A stretch of DNA of 58,001 nt, taken from contig WGBD01000009.1 in the NCBI GenBank assembly GCA_015494465.1, positions 1 through 58,001 on the forward strand, written 5' to 3'. The notes under the pieces are model-generated. The model was not told where the DNA came from, did not search any database, and was given only the letters and a program-made list of their open reading frames with translations. A program made the translations under genes and the position numbers. Shown here in pieces: positions 10,222 through 19,284 of the stretch. The stretch's first letter is position 1. Each line of letters opens with the position of its first letter. Source of the stretch: Candidatus Omnitrophota bacterium (lineage in GTDB: Bacteria; Omnitrophota; Gorgyraeia; S143-82).

Positions 10222-10245
10222 TTAATTAACAGTTTTGTTAACTAA
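10222..10245. promoter_or_regulatory. Inverted repeat, probable AbiEi autoregulatory operator
   Basis: TTAATTAACA-gttt-TGTTAACTAA (10-bp arms, 1 mismatch) just upstream of abiEi; AbiEi proteins bind promoter inverted repeats. Confidence 0.55.
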
Positions 10246-10648
10246 GTATACCTTGCGTGAAATAAAACATCAACCCAAATTCCGTAGATAAAGTCCAGCA
10301 ACAACCCAGAAAATCTTACCATTCGAAGAAGGATCTGGAAGAGACCTTGACGAAAAAAATTACATAGCGATATCGTTTAATCCACCTATCAGGGCACAGG
10401 TGAGACGGAAAAAGCTACTCACAAATTTTGGAGAAAACCGGGCGGCATAATGGAACTGCTAAAGTGCCTTGGCCACAAACCCGTCCATAAAGAAGTAAAT
10501 GTGAAATGGACAGAGAGTGTGCCGGCAGGATTGTTTTTCCAGAAAAAAATGGACTTGACCGGGTATAATTTATCTAGAAGATGAATATACTGGAGGTGGG
10601 TAACATGTAAAGCATCAATGCATCTATGAAATGAGAAGGAGGTAAAAA

Positions 10649-11779
10649 ATGAAGAAATTCCTCTTATTGGCGTTTGTGTTGATGTTACCAGGATGCGCAA
10701 CGATGTTCCCACCAAGGCTCAAAGCAGGTAGAATATGGATGTACACACAGCCTTTAGCAAATTACGAAAAAGATCCGGACGTCAATTTCAACGACTACAA
10801 AAAGTTTTCTGTGCTCCCGCAAGCGGAAATTAATACAGAAATCAAAATGAATCCCATTATAGAGAAACAACTCTTATTTATGTTACGCAACTACTTCGAA
10901 TCGCTGGGTTATTGTTATGTCAGTAATGTAAAAGACGCAGATTTTCTAATCGCTGTATATTATTCCAATGAATATAAATCTCAATATATTCCCCCTTCCT
11001 CCTATACTATACCTTGGTATATACCCACACAAACACAAACAACAGTTATTAATAGTTATAATACCTTTTCAGGAACAATGGGTTGCGATTATTTTTATGG
11101 GAGTGGCTCTGGATGGGCCACAGTTACAACTACAACACCGGGACACTATGTGCCAATGACAGTTACAAGACCTGGCCAATACATAGGGTCTTATTACCCC
11201 TATTTTTTCGTAGCTGTCATTGACAAGAATTCAAAGAAAATCGTATGGTCTGGTTCAGTAGTAGGTGCAACTTCCAATCCCGACATTCGGCTCTCAGCTC
11301 AGGTCCTATTCTCGTATTTATTTGGAATAAGAGAATCTAATTTCCCAACAAGTAATAGTCACAGAAATATGGACGATTCAAAAGACGGAGTCTTTGGTAT
11401 GTTTGCTTACCCTTATACAATCGATGGAAACCATTTCTATCCCCAAATTCTTGCTGTTGCAGTAGGATCACCCGCTTATAAAGAAGGTCTAAAACCGGGA
11501 GACTTCATAATAAAAATAGATGAAGAAAGCACTTTAAATTGGCCTCTATCTCGGATACTAAATGCTGTGGACAAAAGCACAGGCGAATCTCTTGCTGTTA
11601 CAGTTAAAAGACGAGATAACATACTTAATATCAATTTGATTGCGGAAAACGAGGCAACAGCGAGAAACCAATGGAAAGAGATAATAACATTTGACCAAAA
11701 ATTTAACATAAGAAGAATAAAAATTCCAACAAGTAAACAAAGCAATAAAAATGTATACTCTCACTCTCCTATGTTGTAA
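10649..11779 (+). CDS. Lipoprotein, DUF4136-like N-domain plus C-terminal PDZ domain
   Basis: RBS AAGGAGG; lipobox MKK..LPG-C; DPDVNFNDYKKF, ADFLIAV, KKIVWSG; PDZ motif GSPAYKEGLKPGDFIIKID; AT-rich. Confidence 0.7.
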   Translation: MKKFLLLAFVLMLPGCATMFPPRLKAGRIWMYTQPLANYEKDPDVNFNDYKKFSVLPQAEINTEIKMNPIIEKQLLFMLRNYFESLGYCYVSNVKDADFLIAVYYSNEYKSQYIPPSSYTIPWYIPTQTQTTVINSYNTFSGTMGCDYFYGSGSGWATVTTTTPGHYVPMTVTRPGQYIGSYYPYFFVAVIDKNSKKIVWSGSVVGATSNPDIRLSAQVLFSYLFGIRESNFPTSNSHRNMDDSKDGVFGMFAYPYTIDGNHFYPQILAVAVGSPAYKEGLKPGDFIIKIDEESTLNWPLSRILNAVDKSTGESLAVTVKRRDNILNINLIAENEATARNQWKEIITFDQKFNIRRIKIPTSKQSNKNVYSHSPML

Positions 11780-11982
11780 ATATTTCATAGCAATAACAAG
11801 AAAAACATCGGCTTCTCAATGCAAAATAAATTGTGCACTTTTGAATTGAAAAAAAGACCAATTCCCTATATTTTCAGGAAGAGTTTGCTAGCAACGAAGC
11901 ATATTATCGATAACATTTACGATAATACCTTACTATTTGGTCCTGTATGAACATGTCCTAAAAATAAGTGGCATGATTCACT

Positions 11983-12080
11983 CCACTCACCCCAGCAGAA
12001 ACCGACAGAAAGGAGAATCATCGTATTGAGAAAGGCATCTCACGCACTCAGCACACAATCAAGAAAAGTTGAAAATGGAG
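11983..12080 (+). repeat. Degenerate repeat copy A, probable DDE transposase/integrase relic
   Basis: 11983-12022 matches 13028-13067 at 31/40 nt, all mismatches transitions; encodes HSPQQKPTERRII. Confidence 0.5.
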
Positions 12081-12307
12081 ATAACTCCATGGATAGCCAT
12101 AAGGGATACGGATAGATTCTCGTTTTCCCGGAGAAATGGACTTGACCAGCAAAACCCTTCCAAGTCCAAAAACTCCTATTACAAAAAAAAGACAATTTTG
12201 AACTTGTAACCGGATAGTAGTTGTATTCAAATCATGTGTTGCCTTGACCGTACGATCTCATATACTTATAGGTTTATGCTCTTGCTAAAACAAACACCAA
12301 ATATTTT

Positions 12308-12871
12308 TCAGTTGCGAGCACATTTCCCGCAATATTTTAAGCAAAACGGCCTCATCAAGTTCTCAGCCAAAAGATTTCTCACACAGGATATCGTATCCTC
12401 GCTCAACTGGGCTAGGCTTTTATATTTCTCCTCTGAAAAATCCTGCATCTCCTTATGTAAATTGCCAAAGTATGGATCTGGCTTTAACCACCTTGCGAGG
12501 TGCACAAGATTTCTACTTTCCTGCAACCATTTGACCCAATCTTTCACAATGCCAAAATCTCCTACCCTCTCCTTAATTGGAATCCAATCCAACTCTTCCG
12601 CTATCTTTATTAGATCAGAAAAAGTAAATTCCAAAAAAATCCCTCGTTTTCGTTTCTTCCCACCTCTTCGTCCTTTGCTACCCTTATACTTTCTATATGT
12701 TTCGGTCCTTCTAACCTCCGACGCACGGACAAAACACATGCACAAAAGTGCTGCTTCTAAAAGCGCCCCGTATAGAATTAGCGAGGCAATATAACATTTA
12801 TGTTTAGAACAGATTCTTGCTTCTTTCTGAAACCTATCCATAATGTCCATGGCTAAATCGAGATTGTACAT
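12308..12871 (-). CDS. Hypothetical protein, HEPN/DUF4145-like
   Basis: EA..C....Y.ASLIL.GALLEAAL helix, LIKIAEELDWI, and RNLVH motif. Confidence 0.6.
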   Translation of the reverse strand: MYNLDLAMDIMDRFQKEARICSKHKCYIASLILYGALLEAALLCMCFVRASEVRRTETYRKYKGSKGRRGGKKRKRGIFLEFTFSDLIKIAEELDWIPIKERVGDFGIVKDWVKWLQESRNLVHLARWLKPDPYFGNLHKEMQDFSEEKYKSLAQLSEDTISCVRNLLAENLMRPFCLKYCGKCARN

Positions 12872-13027
12872 CTCTAATCCTCACCGCGACGGCCTAATAG
12901 GGTCATAATTAGTTTAATCTGTCTAAATTTGTTTCTAATCACCAAATCTTCTGTATTTAGACCATTCTTCCTATCTGCTTAGGCACTGTCCTAACACGCT
13001 CAGGGCAAATCAAGCCATACGATCTCC

Positions 13028-13125
13028 CCACTCACCTCAACAAGAGCCAACAGAAAGAAAAGTCATCAGGGCTAAGACAATGCTAGCACGCAGGTAGCTG
13101 GTTTACAAGCATTCGAATTGGGTGT
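13028..13125 (+). repeat. Degenerate repeat copy B, probable DDE transposase/integrase relic
   Basis: Reads SPHSPQQEPTERKVIRAKTMLARR*LVYKHSNW, resembling the rve core P-Q-x-N-x-x-ER...KxML...W. Confidence 0.5.
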
Positions 13126-13308
13126 TATAAAAAATTGCGGCTACGAGAAGAAGATGCCTGTTTATTTACCTTGAAATTGCTGATGACAAGTTGCAGTAGT
13201 TCATCCATTTCTCTCGCACCTATCCCTCCGAACTTATTATCCCTTTTGCCCCCCCTCCGTAGTTCCCAATAATACACTAACACCCAACAAATGCAGGTTC
13301 AAGGAGGT

Positions 13309-14607
13309 TCAGGTTTTCACCCCTAAGTCGGTGGGGGCGCGGCCGAGGGATTGGAGCAGGGATATGGCCTCGTCTATCTGGGTCTCCAGTTTCTCATCGC
13401 GCCACGCACGGTTGGGGTATATGGCGTAGGACCTGCGCTGGTGTATGGGGGTGATGTTCAGCATTATGGAATTCGCCCCGGCCATCAGCCCGCGTTCCCG
13501 GGCCTTGGAATCCAAGGTCTCGAATGCGGTGGTGACCAGTATCCTGCCTTGGCGGTAGTCTGCCATGCGCATCACTGCCAGGGTCTTCAACATCAACTCT
13601 GGATCAGGGGGTCTGGCCTCTGCAAGTGGGGTGTCTTGATGGGGTATAAACGGTCCGAACGAATACATCTCCGCGGACAACTCCCGGGCGAGGAGGATGT
13701 CGTTGACGATGTCCTCCAAGGTCTGTCCGGGCAGGCCCACCAGGGCCCCGGTGAAGACGAGGAAGCCTATCTCCCGGGCGTGGCGGATGTGCTCCAGCCG
13801 ACTGGACAGTTCCTTTCCGGGGTGGAGTTCCCGGTACAGGGCGGGATTGGAGGTCTCAAAGCGCATCAACAGGCCCCTTGCCCCTGCCGCAAAGAGGGCC
13901 TCTAATCCCTCCAATCCCACCTCTCCGAAACTCACGCAGAGAAAGACGCTGCGCTCCTCCAATATCGCCCTTACCAGAGAGACATAATAATCCAAGGGCA
14001 GGCCTTCTCCGGACTGGAGCACCAGGGCCTTGAAGCCATAACGGTCTATTGCCGAGAGCGCCAAGTCCTTTACCTCTTCGACGCTCATCTGATAGCGAGG
14101 CAGTCTTCGGTTGTGCACGGAGATCCCGCAGTACTTGCAGGCGCAGGTGCACCGGTTGGAGACCTCTATTATGCCGTGGACGCAGCAGGAGTTACCGGTG
14201 TACTTGTGTCTGAGGAAGTTCGCGGAGCGGTAGAGGTATTCCAGATCCTGCGGATCTTCCAGGTGGATGAGGTACAGGAGGTCGTCCCTATCCAGGTCCT
14301 TGCCGTAAAATGCCTTGTCTAATATCCTCAAGAGGCGCTGGTTCTGGGTGTGGGCCTCAGGGGCGCGGGACAAACTAAGGTCCAGCTCCTGAAGGCGGAA
14401 GAAGCTCTCCTTCCACAGGTCCAGAACGGACTCCGCGTAATCCGGAGGGAGTGTCTCTATGACGTACCCGCCCTGGGCGTATACGTAATCTCCTATGCGG
14501 ACCTCGTCGAGTTCGTTGATCGCTAGTTTCTTTTCTCCGAAGTAATCTATGAGGACCCGGTTCTCTCCTACGAAGGCCTCAACCTTACCGGGTATGGCAT
14601 AACACAT
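13309..14607 (-). CDS. HypC-domain / HydE-like radical SAM fusion protein
   Basis: N-term MCYAIPGKV..IDYFG..GDYVYAQGG (HypC); then SNRCTCACKYCGI (CxxxCxxC), VLQSGE, MRFET, GLPGQT, GPFIPH..TP, TTAF, GANSIMLN.TP, YAIYP (HydE/PylB/BioB clan). Confidence 0.88.
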   Translation of the reverse strand: MCYAIPGKVEAFVGENRVLIDYFGEKKLAINELDEVRIGDYVYAQGGYVIETLPPDYAESVLDLWKESFFRLQELDLSLSRAPEAHTQNQRLLRILDKAFYGKDLDRDDLLYLIHLEDPQDLEYLYRSANFLRHKYTGNSCCVHGIIEVSNRCTCACKYCGISVHNRRLPRYQMSVEEVKDLALSAIDRYGFKALVLQSGEGLPLDYYVSLVRAILEERSVFLCVSFGEVGLEGLEALFAAGARGLLMRFETSNPALYRELHPGKELSSRLEHIRHAREIGFLVFTGALVGLPGQTLEDIVNDILLARELSAEMYSFGPFIPHQDTPLAEARPPDPELMLKTLAVMRMADYRQGRILVTTAFETLDSKARERGLMAGANSIMLNITPIHQRRSYAIYPNRAWRDEKLETQIDEAISLLQSLGRAPTDLGVKT

Positions 14608-14618
14608 GGACCTTCTCC

Positions 14619-14864
14619 TTACTCCTCGTATTCAAAGGAGTCCAATATCAAGGTCTGACCTTGCGCGGGCTCTATCTCCACCCCGCAACCTTCAAAGAGG
14701 TCCTTCTCGTCGCAGTTCTGAAGATAAAACCTGACCACCTCGGGATCTATCTCGGAAAACTCCCCCATCTTTATCCGCACCCGGGTAATCCTCCTTGCCC
14801 CCAGCTCCCTTGCCCGCTTCACCAAGTCCTCAACCAGCGCCTTAACGAACTTGATCTCGTGCAT
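14619..14864 (-). CDS. hypA: Short HypA nickel metallochaperone lacking the Zn-finger domain
   Basis: MHE N-terminus, RITRVRIKMGEFSEIDPEVVRF, C-terminal G..L.LDSFE; no CxxC pairs. Confidence 0.85.
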   Translation of the reverse strand: MHEIKFVKALVEDLVKRARELGARRITRVRIKMGEFSEIDPEVVRFYLQNCDEKDLFEGCGVEIEPAQGQTLILDSFEYEE

Positions 14865-15348
14865 CTCTTTCCCTCCTTGTTCTTGCTATGCTCTCGGCAA
14901 TGCGCCTGCCCGCAGAGACCACCTCGGATGATATCTCTTCACCGAAGCCCATCTTGGCAACTTGTACCCCTAAAAAGCGGACCTCCATGTCCGGACGATC
15001 CAACTTTACCATAGATATTACCACTGGCAGGGGGATGCTGTGGGTGCTAAGGGTGAACAGGGACAACTCCTCCTCGGATACAAACTGCACCTCTCCTGCC
15101 TCTCCACCGAAGTCGGCTGCGTCTATCACGAGCAGTAAAGAGGCGTCGCTGTTTACTATTGGATCAATGAAGTTCTCGGGGGTGGTCCCTGCGGAGAATA
15201 CTGAGAGCCCCTCTTCCTCTTTCAGCAGGTCGGCGACGTAACAACCTATACCGTCGTCCATCCTATAGGGATTGCCTATTCCCAGGACGGCGACGGATCT
15301 GTGGCGGTTGAGCAGGTCAACGAGATCTCTTTCCCACGAACTTGACAT
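14842..15348 (-). CDS. Hydrogenase maturation endopeptidase (HycI type)
   Basis: LGIGNPYRMDDGIG, GTTPENF, IDAADFG, STHSIPL. Confidence 0.93.
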   Translation of the reverse strand: MSSSWERDLVDLLNRHRSVAVLGIGNPYRMDDGIGCYVADLLKEEEGLSVFSAGTTPENFIDPIVNSDASLLLVIDAADFGGEAGEVQFVSEEELSLFTLSTHSIPLPVVISMVKLDRPDMEVRFLGVQVAKMGFGEEISSEVVSAGRRIAESIARTRRERDARDQVR

Positions 15349-16651
15349 CTAAGAAGTGGGTTGAGCAGGATATGCAGGGATCGTAGGCGCGAACGAGCAT
15401 CTCCAACAGGAGGGTTATCTCCTCCTCGCTGTTGTCCAGTATCTCGGGAATGAGTTTCTTCATGTCGTGTTCGATGTTGTTGAGGTTCTGGTTGGTGGGG
15501 ATTATGCAGTTTGCCCCTACGATCTTACCCTGATCGTCTATCTCGTACTCGTGGAAAAGGACACCTCTGGGGGCCTCTACCGCACCTACCCCCCGGCCTG
15601 CCTTTACCGGGATGGTGCCCCTCTCGTTCAAACCGACGGAGACCTCCTCACTGTAGTCTATACCGTTCTCGAGAAAGTTCTTTACTATCGCTATCGAATC
15701 CTCAACGCAGTGCACGCACTCTATCAATTGGGCAACAGTATTCAAGTAGGGATTGTGATTCGGCACCTTGAAGCCCAAGGCCTCGGCAGCCTCCTTTGCC
15801 CGGGGATGGAGTTTGTCGAAGTTGAGGTTCAGGCGGGCCAGGGCCCCCACCATGTAACTTTCCCGGGAAAGGCGGGTGTGCTTGGCAGTGGAGTGGGGGA
15901 CGATGAACTCGTTGGTTATCTTTCGGTATTGGTGCTTGTGCTTTCTCACCCCGTCGGTGGAGCCGATGTCTCCGTCCAGCAACGGATACTCCTCGTCGTC
16001 CCTCACCAAGGCAACGTATTCGGTCTCTCTCTCGAACTCAGGGAACTTTATCCCCTTGAACAATTCAACGGTGGCGTCTACATCCAGTTTGAGGTCTTCC
16101 AGCATCCGGAGCATCGACTCCAGCTCGTGTCTTCTCGGGAGTTTCGTAAAGCCCCCTATCACGGTGGTGATGGGGTGAATGTGCCGTCCGGCTATCAGCT
16201 CGCAGACGTCGTTGACGCACTTCTTCATCTTCAGGGCCCTGCGGACTACCTTCTCGTGAGTCTCCAAGAGGGGAACGAAGCTCTTTACCCGCATCAGATC
16301 CGGCAGGACCAGGATGTAGATGTGGAGTATGTGGCTGTCGAGCATCTCCTGATGTAGCAAGAGGCGCCGGAGTTCCCTCGTCTGGTGAGACGGGGTTATC
16401 CCCAAGGCGTCCTCTGCTGCCTGTATGGAGACCAGACTGTGGGCACAGGAGCATATACCACAGATGCGAGAGGTGATGTGCTGGGCCTCAAATATGGAAC
16501 GCCCCCGCAACATCGCCTCAAAGAACCTCGGCGATTCTATTATCTCCAGTTTGCACTCCTTTATGGTGCCTTCTTCCACGTCCACGACGATGTTGCCGTG
16601 GCCTTCCACTCGGGTGAGGTACTCGACGTTTACCTTTACGCTCTTGGGCAT
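15317..16651 (-). CDS. Group 3b [NiFe]-hydrogenase large (alpha) subunit
   Basis: TRVEGHG, RICGIC (L1), EAPRG, RAYDPCISCSTH (L2) plus C-terminal extension. Confidence 0.96.
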   Translation of the reverse strand: MPKSVKVNVEYLTRVEGHGNIVVDVEEGTIKECKLEIIESPRFFEAMLRGRSIFEAQHITSRICGICSCAHSLVSIQAAEDALGITPSHQTRELRRLLLHQEMLDSHILHIYILVLPDLMRVKSFVPLLETHEKVVRRALKMKKCVNDVCELIAGRHIHPITTVIGGFTKLPRRHELESMLRMLEDLKLDVDATVELFKGIKFPEFERETEYVALVRDDEEYPLLDGDIGSTDGVRKHKHQYRKITNEFIVPHSTAKHTRLSRESYMVGALARLNLNFDKLHPRAKEAAEALGFKVPNHNPYLNTVAQLIECVHCVEDSIAIVKNFLENGIDYSEEVSVGLNERGTIPVKAGRGVGAVEAPRGVLFHEYEIDDQGKIVGANCIIPTNQNLNNIEHDMKKLIPEILDNSEEEITLLLEMLVRAYDPCISCSTHFLDVKFVGKRSR

Positions 16652-16652
16652 A

Positions 16653-17405
16653 TCACTCCTTCTCCTGCGGTTGGATCTCCTTGGCCCGATTGTACATGTT
16701 AAACTTGTTTATTATCCACTCCAAAGGAATCCCGTATCTCTTTAACACCTCCATCTGGGCGTTCTTGTTGGGGTTGGATACCATCCCCCGACAGCCATAG
16801 CATATGTTCCCGTTGTTCGTGCACCAGCTGTTGCACCCCGCCCGGGTTATGGGGCCAAGACAGGTTATACCCTTATCGTACATGCACTCGTTCTCGTTGA
16901 ATTTGCATTCCACACACACTGCATAATCCGGGACCTTGTAGGGCAACCCCTGCAGGACGCACTTCAAGACCCTCACGAATTCGGGGATGTACACCGGACA
17001 GCCCGGCACATAATAGTCCACCTTCACCACCTGATCCACTGCCATGGTGGGTACGGTGTCGAACCAATCCGCCTTGTCCTGATACACGTACCGTTTCACG
17101 TCCTCCAGATCAAAGTCGTTCTTCATCCCGTTTACTCCACCGGTGCAGGCACAGGCCCCGTAGGCGATGAGGATCTTGGCCTTCTCCCGGATTTTCTTTA
17201 TCCTCTCTATGTCGTGGTGGGTGGTGATGCTTCCTTCTACTACTGCAACCTCGTAATCGCCACCCCTCTCGGACATCACCTCGCGGAACTCCACCAGTTC
17301 TATCCGATCCAGTAGGTCTACCAAAAGGTCCCCCATGTTGGCCACCTGCAATTGGCAGCCTTCGCAACAGGCGAAGTCGAAGAATGCAACCTTTACCTTT
17401 TTCAT
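16653..17405 (-). CDS. Group 3b [NiFe]-hydrogenase small (delta) subunit
   Basis: CCEGC, EGS, GACA..GG, PGCP, VCVEC, CLGPITRAGC, CYGCRG. Confidence 0.95.
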   Translation of the reverse strand: MKKVKVAFFDFACCEGCQLQVANMGDLLVDLLDRIELVEFREVMSERGGDYEVAVVEGSITTHHDIERIKKIREKAKILIAYGACACTGGVNGMKNDFDLEDVKRYVYQDKADWFDTVPTMAVDQVVKVDYYVPGCPVYIPEFVRVLKCVLQGLPYKVPDYAVCVECKFNENECMYDKGITCLGPITRAGCNSWCTNNGNICYGCRGMVSNPNKNAQMEVLKRYGIPLEWIINKFNMYNRAKEIQPQEKE

Positions 17406-18238
17406 AGCGCCTCTAGGTTATCCTTTATCTCGTCGTAAGAAAAGACCGGTCCGTCCTGACAGCAGTAGTAATTGCCTATCTGGCAGTGTCCGCACTTGCC
17501 GATCCCGCACTTCATGTGCCTTTCCAACGAGACGATGATCTGCTTCTCGGGGATCCCCTTCTTGAGTAACTCTTTTATTACGAAGCGGTACATAATCGGC
17601 GGTCCCACCACCACCGCAAAGGTGCGCGTGGGATCCAGATCCACCCCGGGTATCAACGAGGTAATCAAGCCTACATTTCCTTTCCAGTCGGGATCGGCCC
17701 GGTCTACAGTACAGGAGAAGTCCACGTCTATCCTCCGGGCCCAACTCTCCACCTCGTCTTTGAAGAGGATGTCCTTCGGACTACGACATCCCAAGAGGAT
17801 GTGCACCCGCCCGAAGTCCCTACGGTTGTCTATCACGAAGTCCACTAAGGACCTCAGGGGGACCAGACCCAAACCACCGGCCACAAACAAGAGGTCATTA
17901 CCCTCAAGGATCCTCACTGGAAAGCCCCTGCCAAACGGACCGCGTATGCCGACGGTGTCTCCCACTTCCAGACGGTGGATCGCACTGGTGACCTTACCCA
18001 CCTTCCTCACCACCAGTTCAAAGTATCCCTTCTTGGTGGGAGAAGAGCATATGGATATCGGGGCCTCGCCCACCCCGAATATGGAGACCATCACGAACTG
18101 GCCGGGCTCGTGGTCGAGGTCCGGCTCGTCCCTCAACATCAACTTAAAGTACTTTTCGTGCTCGGTCATCTGTCGGACCTCGCACACCTTTGCCTCTTTC
18201 ACCAGATACGGGGAATCTACCAGCTGCAACCGCTTCAT
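17402..18238 (-). CDS. Group 3b hydrogenase gamma subunit (FAD/NAD(P)-binding, 2Fe-2S)
   Basis: PGQFVM, GEAPIS, RGPFG, AGGLGLVP, GPPIM, ERHMKCGIGKCGHC, CQDGPVF. Confidence 0.94.
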   Translation of the reverse strand: MKRLQLVDSPYLVKEAKVCEVRQMTEHEKYFKLMLRDEPDLDHEPGQFVMVSIFGVGEAPISICSSPTKKGYFELVVRKVGKVTSAIHRLEVGDTVGIRGPFGRGFPVRILEGNDLLFVAGGLGLVPLRSLVDFVIDNRRDFGRVHILLGCRSPKDILFKDEVESWARRIDVDFSCTVDRADPDWKGNVGLITSLIPGVDLDPTRTFAVVVGPPIMYRFVIKELLKKGIPEKQIIVSLERHMKCGIGKCGHCQIGNYYCCQDGPVFSYDEIKDNLEAL

Positions 18239-19284
18239 ACCCCAGCCCTTTCGGCTATCAAGGCCTTTATCGTCTCCTTTATGTGGATCTGGGCCATGCA
18301 GGCCCGGGAACACCTCCCGCAACCGGTACAGAAGAACCTGCTGTACTTGGCAAGGGGATACTTGAACTTGCGCAGGTACCTGTGCCTCTGCCGGCCACTG
18401 CGCTCCTCGCGAAAGCTCTCTCCTCCCGCCACCTTGGCGAAGTCCTCGTTCTGACAGGAATCCCAGATGCGGAACCTCTCACCAGTGCGCAGGTCCAGGT
18501 TTATCTCGTCTATCACGTCGAAACAATAACAGGTGGGACAGACCGTGGTGCAGTTCCCACAGGAGAGACACCGCTCTCCCAGCTCCTCCCAGACCCGGGC
18601 ATCCTCGCAATTGGCGAACAGATCCATCAGCTCCGGATGGGAAAGGTCTATGCCTGTGTCAAATGCGGACCTTTTCTTTTCCCTGAACTCCTGCAAGCGT
18701 TTCAGGTCCTCTCCTGTGGCCTCAGTGAAGACGCCTATGGAACGGACGATCTCCTCCCCAACCTCTGTGTTCACATGAATCAGGTGATAATCTCCCAGAT
18801 CGCTAAAGAAAAGGTCGTAACCTCCCTTAGGGAGGTGATTGTCCATCAGGGCACAAAGGGCGTGCTCGTCGCAGTAGTCCCAGCACTCCATGCCGATGAT
18901 TATGAGTTTGTTCTTTCGAATCAGGTAATTCACGTCCCGGGGCCTTTCGGAGAAGACCATGTTTAGGCACTGTATCCCCGCCAGGTCGCAGGTCCTGACG
19001 CCAAAGATGACTACCTTCTCGTACTCCATCACCGCCTTCTGGCGCTGAGCAACCGCGTCGTATTCCAGTATTGTCTCCCTTTGAGGGAAGAAGTACTTTT
19101 TCGGTGGGATTATCGTAGGGATGTACTCCTCTGGGGAGGCGATCTCGTCGGGAGAAGAGATGCGAGCGAAGACGAAGCTTTTTTCTCCCCGCTTCACTGG
19201 AGCGACCACCTGATAACGCGAGGTCAGGGCCCCGACGAACTCCCTACACTCGGTCTTGTTAAGACGATAGTACTGATCCATCAC
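18235..19284 (-). CDS. Group 3b hydrogenase beta subunit (4Fe-4S dicluster)
   Basis: PPKKYFFP, RTCD, CLSCGNCTTVCPTCYC, WDSC, CTGCGRCSRAC. Confidence 0.94.
   Translation of the reverse strand: MMDQYYRLNKTECREFVGALTSRYQVVAPVKRGEKSFVFARISSPDEIASPEEYIPTIIPPKKYFFPQRETILEYDAVAQRQKAVMEYEKVVIFGVRTCDLAGIQCLNMVFSERPRDVNYLIRKNKLIIIGMECWDYCDEHALCALMDNHLPKGGYDLFFSDLGDYHLIHVNTEVGEEIVRSIGVFTEATGEDLKRLQEFREKKRSAFDTGIDLSHPELMDLFANCEDARVWEELGERCLSCGNCTTVCPTCYCFDVIDEINLDLRTGERFRIWDSCQNEDFAKVAGGESFREERSGRQRHRYLRKFKYPLAKYSRFFCTGCGRCSRACMAQIHIKETIKALIAERAGV

Noticed and set aside
10260-13308. Integron cassette array
   Set aside because: No intI, no convincing RYYYAAC...GTTRRRY attC hairpins, and the genes point in different directions
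13309-14607. Plain biotin synthase BioB
   Set aside because: No bio genes nearby; VLQSGE, GPFIPH and YxxY motifs, the HypC domain and the operon context fit HydE-like better
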